A DNA stretch of 56,339 nucleotides, filler included, from Perkinsus olseni (Eukaryota), in the NCBI GenBank assembly GCA_013115125.1. It is 7 parts of 7 records of this genome, joined end to end, with 100 filler letters (N's around TTAATTAATTAA, not from the genome) between each part and the next. Parts side by side here need not be neighbours in the genome. Positions count along the whole stretch, not along the records: positions 1 to 8,020 come from JABANN010000989.1; positions 8,121 to 16,138 come from JABANN010000990.1; 5 more parts are not named here. One strand, written 5' to 3'. Shown here one piece after another: positions 1-12,100 of this stretch. A program made the translations under genes and the position numbers. The first letter of the stretch is position 1. Each line of letters begins with the position of its first letter. Below the pieces are notes generated by a model. That model saw only the letters and a program-made list of their open reading frames with translations, made no database searches and was not told where the DNA came from.

Positions 1-159
1 TGAGATCATAGGCGTTGGCGGAGAGGTGTACAGGATCTAGTAGGGTGTTATACTGAAATTTCAGATCCCAATTGGACTCGATGAACGTATTAGGGGTCGC
101 ACACCACTTTTGCTAAGAATTTGTGGAGGGGTGTATTGAGTAACTCAACACCCTCATCA

Positions 160-1569
160 TCAGTCTATACTTGCTGTGATTTGCAAGGAGCGCAAGTTGA
201 CATCTGAACAATCGTGCTGGTTGCTGGATGCCTTTCGGCCCCAGTCCGGCATCTGAACTCGTCTAGATGCACTCCCTTTTCTCAATATCGACGAAGGCGG
301 CGAGGGATCCCTCGCGGGTGTAGCGTCTTCGGGCTCTGGTGTCGAAGACCTTTGGAGTATTGATGGATTCAGCTTTCTTGGCAGGTATTGTGATAGAACA
401 GACTCTTCTAACTCACGGTGCTCATCGTTGGAGGTGTACACGTGAGAATCCCCCCGTTGGAGTTTCTGCACCAGGGCATCTTTCTCGTTAACCAGACTCT
501 GCATCTCCCGAACCTAGCGGATGATGGTTATTAGAAACAATGTGACGAGCATAGACACGGCACACCCGACCTGTCCGGTTAGCCAAACGCCACGCCTTTC
601 TGCGCTCTCTAACCCCTCTTTGGCTTGTTGGTAGTTCAACTCGGCCGTCTTCAAAGCTTCCGTTTTGATAGCGATTTGTGCCTACGCTGGGGATACTCCG
701 ATGCTCCGCATGGAGGATATAAGTATCATGACCCCACCCGCGCGTCGGACTCAGATTTCTCCATTGCCTCCATCTTCGTTCGCGCCGCATCTACCTCTGC
801 CCGGAGGTCCTCGGTATTCTGCCGCTCGCGTCGTAGTTCCTCCTTGTTCGATTGCGCTTCAGAGACAGCGCCGACCAGCCTACCGTAAGAAAGGCGCGGC
901 AAAACCGCGACTAAGGCAAATAGCCGCCAGCAAAAGATGCCTACCCCGCTATGAGTTCTCTTGTTTTTGAGGGGTCCCGGCGCTCCAAAGCAGCCCGTTC
1001 GAGATCGGGTCCGGTACACAGCCAAAGCCACTTGAATAGCTCATAAAACTCATCTCCCGCAGTTTTCTCCAGTCGTTCTGTGAGCATGCCAGTTGCAGAG
1101 TGTACTTCAGTGAGAGCGGCCATCATCATGTCCCGCTCGGATGAAATAATAGCAAGGTCAGCTCTCAACTTATGCATCTGAAAGGCCTCCTCACTAGCGA
1201 CTTCTCCGCTAGGCGAATATCATAAACCACACAACCGTGGCGGTTGGCGGAGTACGGGGCTCACGAGACCGTTGTAGGGCCATGTTCACGCGTCCCTACC
1301 GTCATCACCTCATTTTCGACTCCTCCCTTCAGAGTTTCGATCTCGCGTTTGAGCCTGCGAACCTCTTCTAAAGCCTCGTCTCGTCCAGCCAAAGCTTCAT
1401 CGGCCTGAAGCAGGTGCACTACCTACTCAGTCGACTAACATCGCAGGCTTGCCTGCTTTCTCGCCACCGACAGCACTTGCCGGGTCCTCTTCAGCTGCTT
1501 CGCTATAGCAGCTGGGTCGTATGGCAGATGTTGTGTGGACATCGGTGATGATGATGGTGGACGCATCAT
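160..1569 (-). CDS. Multi-exon hypothetical coiled-coil protein
   Basis: ATG at 1569 (MMRPPSSSP...). Exons encode heptad-like helices (DEALEEVRRLKREIETLK, MHKLRADLAIISSERD, KEELRRERQNTEDLRAEVDAARTKMEAME) separated by short introns; last exon is ORF 160..504. Confidence 0.6.
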
Positions 1570-1910
1570 TGTCGCTTAAGACTGGAAATTCGGAAGACTT
1601 CATACACCAACTACGAATTTGGACGGGTGAACCGTGCTCTAACGAAACAGATGCCGTGTTCTCTTTGAAAGAGCTGACATGAACATGGACTCATGGTGTT
1701 TGATATGTCGGGCCACATAGACTGGAGCAAGGTTGAGAGGAAGCATCATCACTACAGAGATAATAGCCCTTGACAATCAGCAGCCCCGCACCACAGATGG
1801 CCTTCTACATCGGCTTCCTTCCTACCGGTGTGAATAACTCCACCACCCTTCACTAAGAAACCTCACATGATACAGCATGGATGTTAGGTGGCATAGACCA
1901 GCCACGAAGA

Positions 1911-4322
1911 TTACTGGGACAGAGTGAGGTCCGGCGAATCCCTGCAGTGTTGACGCCGCCATGCTTGGTCCCAAAGCCATAGCAGAATATCCTCTCCTAT
2001 ATCTATGGAGGACTCCTCCATCGCGAGAAGGACGTCAGACAGAAGATCGACATGACCAGTTGCGAGGGTATGCAGGAGGAAGGTGGGGAGCAGTGGCCCA
2101 AGGGAGGATACGGTCTGGGAAAAGTGTTGTCTTTGATCTGCAACACTTTCTAACACACGCTGGGCTAGACATCTACAATTGACAGAGACATGACATTGTT
2201 CATCCGTGAAGTGTAGGAGCCCAGACGGGCAGACTGCAGGCAAGCATAGACGTAGAGTGTCCAAGGCACGAGGGAGCGCACTCTGTTCTGGCAAGATGAG
2301 AAGCCCAGCAGGGTACTTATCTAGAGCTCGTAGCGGCGTATTGACTAGGAGATCGAGATCGCGGCGAGGATGTATAACCACATGGGGCAAGAGTTGTAGA
2401 TATTTACACACCCTCTCATCATAACCACCTTCCATGCTTCCGAACCACCGCCGTCTGAAGTCATCACATCCACGCCTGCTGCTACTCAAGGCTGTAGACG
2501 ACTGCGAATCGCCACTGCCCTTCGGCGGCATTCCCACCAGGAGTCGACGGGCCTCGACCCATCCCAATCGTGTGAAAACCTCTTGTAGCTCATCTCTGAT
2601 GACCGCTATGTTCGTGAGAGAATGATGCTCTTCTGCCAGGGCCTCCATGACCCAGGAGGGTGTGGTAGTCTCCTGACTGGCAGAGGCCCAGAGAGCTGGG
2701 CTCATACTCAACAGGCGGGCACGTAGACACACTCTCGCGATCTCCGATTCACTGACAGTCGGCAGAGATGCCCCCTGACTTGGTGATATAAGCTCAACGG
2801 TCTGCTGCTGCTGCTGCTGCTGCTGCTGCTCAGAAGCGCCGCTCACTAGCTTTGCGGCTGGTCCCCCTCCTATTCGGGAGCCATCCCCAGAGGCCGGTGT
2901 AGGATGCCGTAGCTTCCCTATCGACACGATCGGCCGGGCCCCCTTGGTATCTTCAATAGCTCGAGGGAAGTTGGAAAGATTGTATACCTCGATGCCACCA
3001 TTATCCGAGGCCCCTTCGCTAGTGCGCCAATCCGTCACTGAACGTGACTTGGATCGGCGGCTACTATTGCTGTTACTAGCGGCCGTGGCGCTGGGGGGTG
3101 ATGAGCGGGTAGGCAATGAACGAGGATTGGAAGTTTGGGCAGAGAATGACAAGGACAGGAGGGTTATGTCCGGTGGCATACCAATAACCTTGGCTTCAAC
3201 CAAGGCCGTTATACAACTAGTGGCGTGATAACCTACATGCAGCAACACCTGCTGAGGGTCTCGGCCGATTGGGCTGACTGTAACAATGATGGGTAGCCCA
3301 CTGTGATGGTTAGGCAGGGGTCCAAAGTCATAGGCGACCTCAACTGTCTCCACGTCCAAGAGATACACACTGTTCTTACTGCCGCCTATCGATAGGATAT
3401 GTCTATCAGTGATGACCCATAGCATACCCAAGCTTATCGATCTCCCATTCTTGGAGAATTTGAGAGTAGTTTGGACTGACAGTGTAGCATAGTCACAGCT
3501 GTCATCCAATAGATTAATATCGGCTAACCATAACCTTCCCCCTGGACGGGCACAACATACCCGACCATCGTCCAGTAGGGCTGCGGCAAATCGACCATGA
3601 TGGCCTCGGGAGCCCACCCACACCGGCTCCTTTTCCGCGGCGGCCTCCGCATCGCTCCCAAGCCGTATTATACACACCCTATGAGTGGTCGCTACGATGA
3701 GCAGTCCTTCCGGTATACGGTGACTATAGGACATGGATATGATCACATGACCATCGAGACTGCTGCAATCGAGGGGAGCAGGAGGCTTGTCCTCGGCGAT
3801 GGTGTAGATCCCTCCATCGCTAGTCCCGGCATAGAGCACATTAGCTTTACCAAAGGACAGAGCAGTGACTGCACATTCTAGTCGGACGTCCCGCTGCCGG
3901 CTTCTACCAAGGGGATTGCTATCGACTGAGTAGATGGTAAGGACTGTCTTATTGGGAGTGCCTGTTGTCTGACGATAGGCTAGGGCCAGAGAGGTGTAGA
4001 CATGGGCCGCGGCTAAGAGCTGCCCTTCGAACCGTATACCACTTTTCCATCCCTTATCGAGAACCACGCCTCCGGCCTGATCGATACCATTAAAGGCCAC
4101 GGAGTGCACCTCACTGCCCTGAACAATCCAGGAGGGTTGCTCGGCAAGCACCCCCTTCGGTGGAGTAGGAGGAGCAAGAGCCAGTAGTGATACACCAGAC
4201 TGCGCTCGGTGGGTGACGCTCGGTTTGCTACTGTGAGTTTCTAGCGAGGACGTAGCGTCTGATACTGATGGGCTGAGGCTTGAGGACGCCGCCGCCGTTA
4301 CTGAAGGTAACCTTGCCGCCAT
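1911..4322 (-). CDS. HPS5/TECPR2-family beta-propeller protein (BLOC-2 subunit-like); probably has further small 3' exons below 1911
   Basis: About 800 aa open frame. WD40-like strands (ALSFGKANVLYAGTSDGGIY) and the family signature VGSRGHHGRFAA...CARPGGRLWLAD...VQTTLKF, resembling HPS5 ARPGSRMW and TECPR2 SRPGLRLWKAD. Confidence 0.65.
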   Translation of the reverse strand: MAARLPSVTAAASSSLSPSVSDATSSLETHSSKPSVTHRAQSGVSLLALAPPTPPKGVLAEQPSWIVQGSEVHSVAFNGIDQAGGVVLDKGWKSGIRFEGQLLAAAHVYTSLALAYRQTTGTPNKTVLTIYSVDSNPLGRSRQRDVRLECAVTALSFGKANVLYAGTSDGGIYTIAEDKPPAPLDCSSLDGHVIISMSYSHRIPEGLLIVATTHRVCIIRLGSDAEAAAEKEPVWVGSRGHHGRFAAALLDDGRVCCARPGGRLWLADINLLDDSCDYATLSVQTTLKFSKNGRSISLGMLWVITDRHILSIGGSKNSVYLLDVETVEVAYDFGPLPNHHSGLPIIVTVSPIGRDPQQVLLHVGYHATSCITALVEAKVIGMPPDITLLSLSFSAQTSNPRSLPTRSSPPSATAASNSNSSRRSKSRSVTDWRTSEGASDNGGIEVYNLSNFPRAIEDTKGARPIVSIGKLRHPTPASGDGSRIGGGPAAKLVSGASEQQQQQQQQQTVELISPSQGASLPTVSESEIARVCLRARLLSMSPALWASASQETTTPSWVMEALAEEHHSLTNIAVIRDELQEVFTRLGWVEARRLLVGMPPKGSGDSQSSTALSSSRRGCDDFRRRWFGSMEGGYDERVCKYLQLLPHVVIHPRRDLDLLVNTPLRALDKYPAGLLILPEQSALPRALDTLRLCLPAVCPSGLLHFTDEQCHVSVNCRCLAQRVLESVADQRQHFSQTVSSLGPLLPTFLLHTLATGHVDLLSDVLLAMEESSIDIGEDILLWLWDQAWRRQHCRDSPDLTLSQ

Positions 4323-4575
4323 CTGACGATCCAAGTGATGGGCTGAGTCTCACAATCCACTGATGATGATTGACTCAACTCGATATAGCCGGAGATGGTA
4401 CAGAGGGAGAAACAATCACTACTCGTGACATCAACAACAACTACACAAACTGTATCAACGGTAACTTGAGGGAGAGCGAACGATGGTACCAGGATGAAGG
4501 CTCTTCATCGTCCGCTAGGTATCTCCCTAGCCTTCGGAAAATCTGCAGTGGTATGCTTTCAACACCATAGAGCAG

Positions 4576-7500
4576 CTAGTCGTCTCCAAGCAGGTCAGGG
4601 GACTCGACAGTATCGCTTTGAGATGGTGATGCCTCTGCTGCTGGTGGTGGTGGAGGGGGCTGCTCGGTCTCATCTTGGTATTCCATAGGACTTCTTGCTG
4701 TGCCCTGGTACAGGGGCTCCATCACTGGTACGAATTTACTGCTGGTCATCCGATAGATAACCGATAAGGTGTCGAACTCCTCCTCGAATATTCTATCATC
4801 AATTCTAACGTCATAAGTGTCTGCGGATGCATTGGCCTAGAGTTACACAAAGCGATGGTTATGACTAGCAGTCGATGAGTAGAAGTAATTTCTTATTACC
4901 GTAGCCTCGTCGCCAACCAAAACTATATCATGTGCCTCCTGGACACTCCGCTGTAGTAGTCGATAGTACATCAATGCTCTATCCCGGACATCAGGGCTAG
5001 CAGCAGGACCTTGCAAGGGATCGCATCACCACTACTGCTGCCAACACCACCACGATGATGATGAAGGTACTCACTGGTCACAGCGTAATTGAATGCAAGT
5101 CCTAGTATCTTCTGCATCTCAGGTGGACGTGCAAAGAATAGCTTAGTACAGGCAGTTAGGAGCTCTAGAGCAACCGTATCATCAGAAGCCTTGATGACCT
5201 CGTCATCATCCTTCGATATCGTAGGAGCTACATGATATACCATAGTCTCAACAGAGTGCTACATCTCACCATACCTGGCGCTGCCGCTCCTCCTGCTGCT
5301 GCTGCTGCTGCTGACTCGTCTAGCCCAAACTCAGCACCCTCCAGGCCATTAGCACCGGGCGACAGGGCACCGGCATCGGAGTCCATGAGGTCGTTGATGA
5401 TGTCCTCGAGGATGTATGGCGCCATTGGTATGGACTCACCGTATTCACCTGTAGGGGAGCGTCGCCACGAAGATGTAGAAGACTAGGTCCCACCTAGAAT
5501 CCACACAACTGCCGCCTTGCCAAGTGGATCACCCGATACATTCTTGAGGCATTTCTCGAGAACCTCTGGGCTTGTTATCTGATCCCATCATAATCCAGGG
5601 ATGAGAGAGGCTCTCTCAGCGAGGCTCGATCAAGGAGAGGGGACTCACAAGTTCTATTGTATGCTCTCTGCCATTAGCAACACCACTCCTCAGCAATTGT
5701 TTCAAGACCACAACAGCCTCCGATGCCACGCCCTTATTACGGGGAGTATCCGAACCTGCAGTGGGAGCATAGATGGCGACGCAGTGTCGCGAGACTGTAG
5801 TGCAGAAGCAATAGTTACATGTTAGGTGGTCCAGAAGGATGTCGAATATACCAGGCACCGCCCCAGGGCAGGCAAGGCCAACTGCTCCAATACTGCGGAC
5901 TGCCTCTCGGGATACCTCGGAATCGGGGTCATTAGTGATGGTCTCGCGGAACTGAAGAGAGCGCGAGGAAGGGGTTTCAAGAAGCCAATGCTGCTGCCGG
6001 TACTGAGACTGATTTGATGCTCGTGTTACCTCCCCGAGTATATCATTGACACAGGTACTGTCGGTCTTGGCCGCTTGGCAGGCTAGTAAGGTGAGCAGCT
6101 GTAATTTCAGGTACTTGATGTAGCTGGGCTCGTTGTAACGGCAGTAAAAATTCTTGTAATCATTGCCGGTGAAAAGGGGAGTACCTAGCCGATCGACACG
6201 CAAGGATGGGCGTCCATTTTTTTTCCCGTTGGTGTTTACCGCCAGCCTTCTGCTGATGCACTACGAGTACTATGATGTGGCTGAGAATAACATAGGCTTG
6301 TTCGTGACCACCGGTTGATATAGCGCCCAGTAATGTCAACAAGGTAGGCTTTAAACGTTCCCTGATAAACCGAAGAAGCATGACTGCAGTCGAGCGCAAA
6401 GGCCAGAGCCTCGCAGCTTACATGACTTGCTGTAGCAGCTCGCTATTCCCAGTGGCATCAGCAACAGCTGACGCCCACTCGATGTAGAGAGTACTTGCCG
6501 CCATGATGACGGAGGGGCTATTCTGTTTCAGAAGGGGGTCCAGTATATTGAATACGTCAAACATCTCCTCCTCGGTATCTGAGAGGTGACCGGATAAGAG
6601 AGCGAAGGGAGCGTGATGCTAGACCTACTGGGCCTGTACTTCTTCGTAATGATCTTGATGATAGCATCCGCGCCCCACTCAGAAAAACCATATATGTTGT
6701 TGAGTAGGTTGTCCACGATCTCCTGTGTTAGTTCAATACCGCCTATATCCGCCAATATCTCATTCAGTGCGACCTGAGAATGCATGATGCAAGATGGCAC
6801 TCCAGCTAATGGATGCCGATCCGAGTCCTCATGGGATCAATATGCAGTTGATCGATTCAATGCTTGTACACAGGGAGCTAGTACAGATGATCTGATGATG
6901 GTGTTGCCTAGTTATTATCATTACCACTGCATCATATATAACATCAGGATCGTGATCAGATCCTGACACTATATGATAGAGGTCCTGCACTATGTCTGTA
7001 TTCTCCCGTACCTGAGGGTGGGGGTGGTAGATCTCGAGGGAGTAGAGCTGGCCAATGGGCCACAGAATAGCAGCAGTGGCCAGGGTGTAGCTTCCTACGT
7101 GCTGGGGGTCGAGATGGAACATCTTGAGTGCACCAACAACAGCTGCCTTCCTGACATAACCATTAGGATCAGCCAGTCCCTTCTTCACTGCTGGCTCCAA
7201 GTACTCCATCATGTTACTTAGCTGTAGGCCACCTACATCATAACCACCACGAGGATGATGATGCTATTAGCATACCAAGGAAATGTATTCTGTATTACAT
7301 AGTGATCTGAGTGCTAGGCCCCGTATACTCGGGTCAGTATCCTGGCAATCCTTTTGTAACGTATTTATAGCCAATACTGCTAGAGATGGATTTGAAGCGG
7401 CATAGTTGACAAGATAGAGGTATATCATCTTCTTTTGAACCTGCATGAACATGAGTGCCTCAAATGCTTCCTCTAGTTGAACTCTGTGGAAGAGGTGCTA

Positions 7501-7880
7501 CTACCAAATCATTGGTATAAGATGCCATGACCATCTCTGGGAATAGCCGACTGACATCGATGCCCAAAGTCATGAATGCGATAACCTGATCCGTAATGAA
7601 GCTGTCTCTGTACCGTTACTCAGACGTTCCCCCCGATGAGCATCCCCGCCCGCCTTCTGTCGAAGAGGGATGATTACCTTCTTAATGGCTTCTCGCTTCT
7701 TCTCCTGATCCTTATCATTCTGCACGGACTGTAGGAGTTGTCGTAACTCATTGATCTCTCCTCGTTTATCGAAGTACCTACTACAACAGCAGTGCCGCCA
7801 CGCCCCTTGCATATAAAGGATGCTCACTGTGCTGATTGAGGAGGCGGGGGTGGAGGAGGGGGAGGAGGTACAGTAGCCAT
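4576..7880 (-). CDS. AP4B1: AP-4 complex subunit beta (beta-4 adaptin), multi-exon
   Basis: Spliced exons give [120 protein letters not shown] is typical of beta-4. Stop at 4576. Confidence 0.85.
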
Positions 7881-7952
7881 TGATTCAAAGACACAGTAGA
7901 CACAAACCCCAAGCTGCTGAGAAGGACAACAGTTTCACTATTGTTGGGTTGT

Positions 7953-7954
7953 TT

Positions 7955-8019
<65 letters not shown>

Positions 8020-8020
8020 G
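7953..8020. repeat. (TTG)n microsatellite at contig end
   Basis: Pure TTG run up to the N linker. Confidence 0.95.
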
Positions 8021-8120
8021 NNNNNNNNNNNNNNNNNNNNNNNNNNNNNNNNNNNNNNNNNNNNTTAATTAATTAANNNNNNNNNNNNNNNNNNNNNNNN
8101 NNNNNNNNNNNNNNNNNNNN
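8021..8120. other. Artificial contig-joining linker (N44-TTAATTAATTAA-N44)
   Basis: Exactly 100 bp with an all-frame stop cassette; the same structure recurs six times in the window. Confidence 0.97.

Positions 8121-8187
<67 letters not shown>
8121..8187. repeat. (TTG)n microsatellite at contig start
   Basis: Pure TTG run directly after the linker. Confidence 0.95.
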
Positions 8188-8268
8188 GATGTATAGATAA
8201 TACTAGCGATTGTGCTGCTGCTGCTGTTGCAACAAGTAGTACTACTTGTTATTATTCCACTTACCACC

Positions 8269-9960
8269 ATGGATGATCTAGACTTCGATCAAGTGGAGCA
8301 GCTCATGGACCAGCAACAGCAGCAGCAGCAAGGGAGAGGAGGAGAAGGAGGACAACAAGCAGACAATAGGGCAGCAAGACGACGGGATAACCCACAATAT
8401 GATGATGAGTACTGACAACTTGAGAAGTATATAGTAATAATCAAACTAGTCATCATTGTAGTGTCATTATTACACGACGACCATCGAGACAACGTTATGA
8501 TGAGTATAAGAACGGCGGCGATAGAGATAATACGGCGTCTTATCAGAAGCGAGAGGGTGATGATGAATATAATGATGGTAGTAGTGCTTATTATGGTAAA
8601 ATGATTAAGGTTCTGCTGCTGGCCAGGTTCAAGGAGGGGGAGTAGTCAGAGGATGGCAGATAGAACTAGTAGAGATGATGGACATCATCATCATCATCAT
8701 TCGAGGTTTGATGCTACCATATGCTACCATCTTGCACCTCGTCATAGGTCGTCGCATCGTCGTTATAATGACTATGATGCGCAACAAGCATCCTCATCGA
8801 ATCGTCGTCATCATGATGATGATCGACGACGAGAAGAGCAAGAGAGTGAGCATCATCGTCATCATCATCAGAGTGGTGCTGGTGGTGGTGATGAGAGAAC
8901 CCGTATGGTGCAGCAAGCCCACAGGGATGACTGTACAGTGATGGTGATGGGTATACACCCCAAGTGCACGGAAAGGGAGGTATATGTCTTCATGAGCCAA
9001 AACGCTGGTAAAGTACGTGATGTCCAAGTTATAAGGGATCCTCGTAATAATAATAATAACATCCGACATCATCATCATCAACAAGAGTATTGATTGTGGT
9101 AGTTATTATTATTGTTTATGAACTGTGTAGGTACCAACAGATCTAAAGGTGTGGCTTATGTCGAATTTTATACGCCTGATTCAATATTGAAGGCATTAGC
9201 ATGCAATGGCCAAGCACTAATGGGGCACCCAATACGCAGTAATAACAATAACAACAACAGCATCAGCATCAACGATATCACCACCACCACCATTGTTGTT
9301 GTTATCAGTCCAAGCGTCTCAAGCAGAAAAGAATCGTGCAGCAGAAGCAGCCAGAGTAGTGCAAAATCAACAACAAGATCTTCCTATGAGAGTGTACTAG
9401 TCTTCGTTTCTATCATCATCACCATCATCATCATCAGTATTGGTGGTATTATTATTATGTTAGTTATGTCGGAGGCCTCACTGGAGTATTGATCTATCTT
9501 CAAGAATCTGAGATACGCAAACTATTCTCCCCCTTTGGCGATATACAAGCCATCGAGATTGCCAAATCACCATATACGGGCAGACCAAGAGGTTTTGCTT
9601 TCGTCATGTAATAATCGTACTAGTCATACTATTACTTCGTCGTCGTCGTCGTCTGTCTACCATTATGTTCATGGTCTTGTTGTTATTGTTATTGTTGTTG
9701 TCAGATATTCTCGAGCATGCGATGCTCGGGTAGCAATCGCTGCTATGCATAAGTATCGTATTGCTGATTCTACTCTTGAAGTCGGTTATCTAGCATCGGC
9801 TGTTAATACTGCATTATTATCACAAACCATGGACAACAACAACAACAACAACAACAACAACATTCCTACGCAACAACAACAACAACAGGAAGGAGGCAGT
9901 GGTGGTGGTGGTAGGATGATGCCTCCATTACCACCACATGGTGTCGTGCCGATGTATTAA
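8269..9960 (+). CDS. RBM39/RBM23 (CAPER/CC1)-like splicing factor with two RRMs
   Basis: MDDLDFDQVEQLM N-terminus, R/H/D-rich region, RRM1 (RDDCTVMV...GKVRDVQVIRDPRTNRSKGVAYVEFY), linker IQASQAEKNRAA, RRM2 (VYVGGL...LFSPFG...TGRPRGFAFV). Introns 9044-9130 and 9239-9308 restore the frame. Confidence 0.85.
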
Positions 9961-10185
9961 CCGCCACTATAATGATATTACATTGTGATGGTGGTGGTTA
10001 TGGTGATAGTAGTATTATGGGTTAACTAGTACTCGATACCACGTTTAACATCATCATCAACCAGTCTTGCGTTGGTCGTCTAACAACGACAAGAAGAAGA
10101 AGAAAAACTTGGAACATAGGTCTCCGGACATCTCTCCCGTAATGATGATACTTTTGTTGTTATTTTTTTTGTTGCCCTTTTGAAA

Positions 10186-11822
10186 ATGGTCAGGAGAACA
10201 GCTGCTGCTGCTGCTGCCAGTGCTACAGGTGCTAAGAGCAGCAATGCCTATCATCACACTGATAATAGTGTTGGAGATCATCAACGAGCATCCATCAACA
10301 ACAACAACAACAACAACAACGGTGCCATTCGGCGTGATGACGATAATACTGCACAACAAATGCATAGAGGCGGCGGTGGTGGCCTCTTGTTGCCTTCATA
10401 TATGGTAACAACATCATCGTCATCATCATCAACGACAACGACGACGATGTTGCTCATTATGTAAGTGTTTATTCCTACTTGTCCTGTTCAGTTGGTGATA
10501 ATATTGTTCGTCATAACTGTTATAGTTGGTATATTCACCTTTAAAGCACAGCAAGAGTGTGTGGCTATACGAAGAGAGTTGTAATAATAATAACAAGAAG
10601 AAGAAGGACGCCTGCACTATTGAGCCATGATGCCTGTTGTTGGTATCAGGATCTATCGAGAGAATGAGCTGTTAGAAGCACAAGCTCAATTGAAGGATAG
10701 GAGTATCATGCCATCATCATCATCATCATCGGGTAAGGAAGGAGGGAGAGGCCGTGGAACAACAACTGGTCGTAACAACGATGATGATACTCACCATATC
10801 AATAGTAGTCGTGGTCGTGGTCGTTGTAGGTGGTGGTGGTGGTGGTGGTCGATGGTCCTCCTGTAATTGTAGGTAATGATGATGATGCGAGTATTATGGA
10901 AGAGATTGGTGTATTGCGGAATGAGATAGTAAAGTTGAATGAAGATAAGAATGAGTTTGATGAGGAAATAGAAGCAGCCAATGGGAATATATCAACTCAT
11001 TTATCAAAGTTAGTGGAGAGGTATGGTATGTATCTAGCCAATACACTCTCTACTACCACCAACAACGTTATCATCGCGCACTACCAACCCGACACTTTGA
11101 GGACAATAATACAACTCACAACTCAAGATGGCCCTTCTCAAGGAGATGGAGACAACAATGAACACCATCATCATGATGATGATGCTCAATTAAAAAGTAA
11201 TAAGCGTGTGAAATCGTCGATATGCTATTCTACAGCAAAAACCATGCCGTTCATAGTATCATCATCATCGTCATCATCATCGTCAGACTGGATGCTTGAT
11301 CATGTTATCGACCGTATTGGTTTGGATGTTAATATAATGTCCTCACATACCAAGGGTGGTGAGATGTATTATCAAATAGATGTATTAAGATTGACATTGT
11401 TGAGATTATTATCAATACCACAACCAGTAACTAATGATAACAACAACGACCACCATACCACAATATCGAGGATAAGTAAGTCTCAGCGACTGGTCATCAC
11501 TATTATCAGTAATGGTGATGGATATACTATCAGGTACCTGGGTATCCAAGTGTATTCATATTGCGGTAGAAGTTAATGACAATGCAAAAGGCAATTATGA
11601 GGAGTTTGAGTAAGTATCATCATCATCAGCAACACTGCTGCTGCTGGTAGTTGTATTATTACCATTATATTCAGCCTCTTCTTGATCATTTTACTGCGCA
11701 TTCTCAGATACTTAGTCGATAGAAATGATAATATAGCATCATTAAGGGATGAAGTTATCGAGTGGAAGACCACTGAGCATATTCCTAAATCGGCAGTCTG
11801 GGCAGCAGCGACAGCTTCGTAG
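10186..11822 (+). CDS. Hypothetical membrane protein (TM helix plus coiled coil), multi-exon
   Basis: Spliced reading gives TM LVIILFVITVIVGIFTF and coiled coil IMEEIGVLRNEIVKLNEDKNEFDEEIE. Introns 11476-11533 and ~11610-11674 keep the frame open to TAG at 11820. Confidence 0.55.
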
Positions 11823-12100
11823 TCATCATCATCATCATACCACTAGTACTACTAGTAGTACTACTCTCCCTGATACCATTGTTATCGTCACCACAGCAGC
11901 CCAGCAATAGTGTTGATAATAGTGGACACTATCGTTTTCTCTCAACAAGTGTTTCTGAAAGGTGTTCATTATTATGTTATCATCCCATTTTCGGATCATA
12001 GTAATGATAATCGTCGTTATCAACAGCATCATCATCATCAGCCGCATCATCATCCGAGAGTTTACAGTATCCTCCCTCTTGTTGTTCTTCTTTCTATCAT

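Noticed and set aside
7953-8187. (TTG)n on both sides of the first linker, suggesting a shared divergent promoter for AP-4 beta and the RBM39-like gene
   Set aside because: Contigs are ordered by size, and TTG repeats commonly break assemblies; adjacency is unsupported.
7880-8270. Poly-Leu and poly-Thr ORFs, and other ORFs running into N linkers
   Set aside because: Translations of microsatellites and artificial linker sequence.
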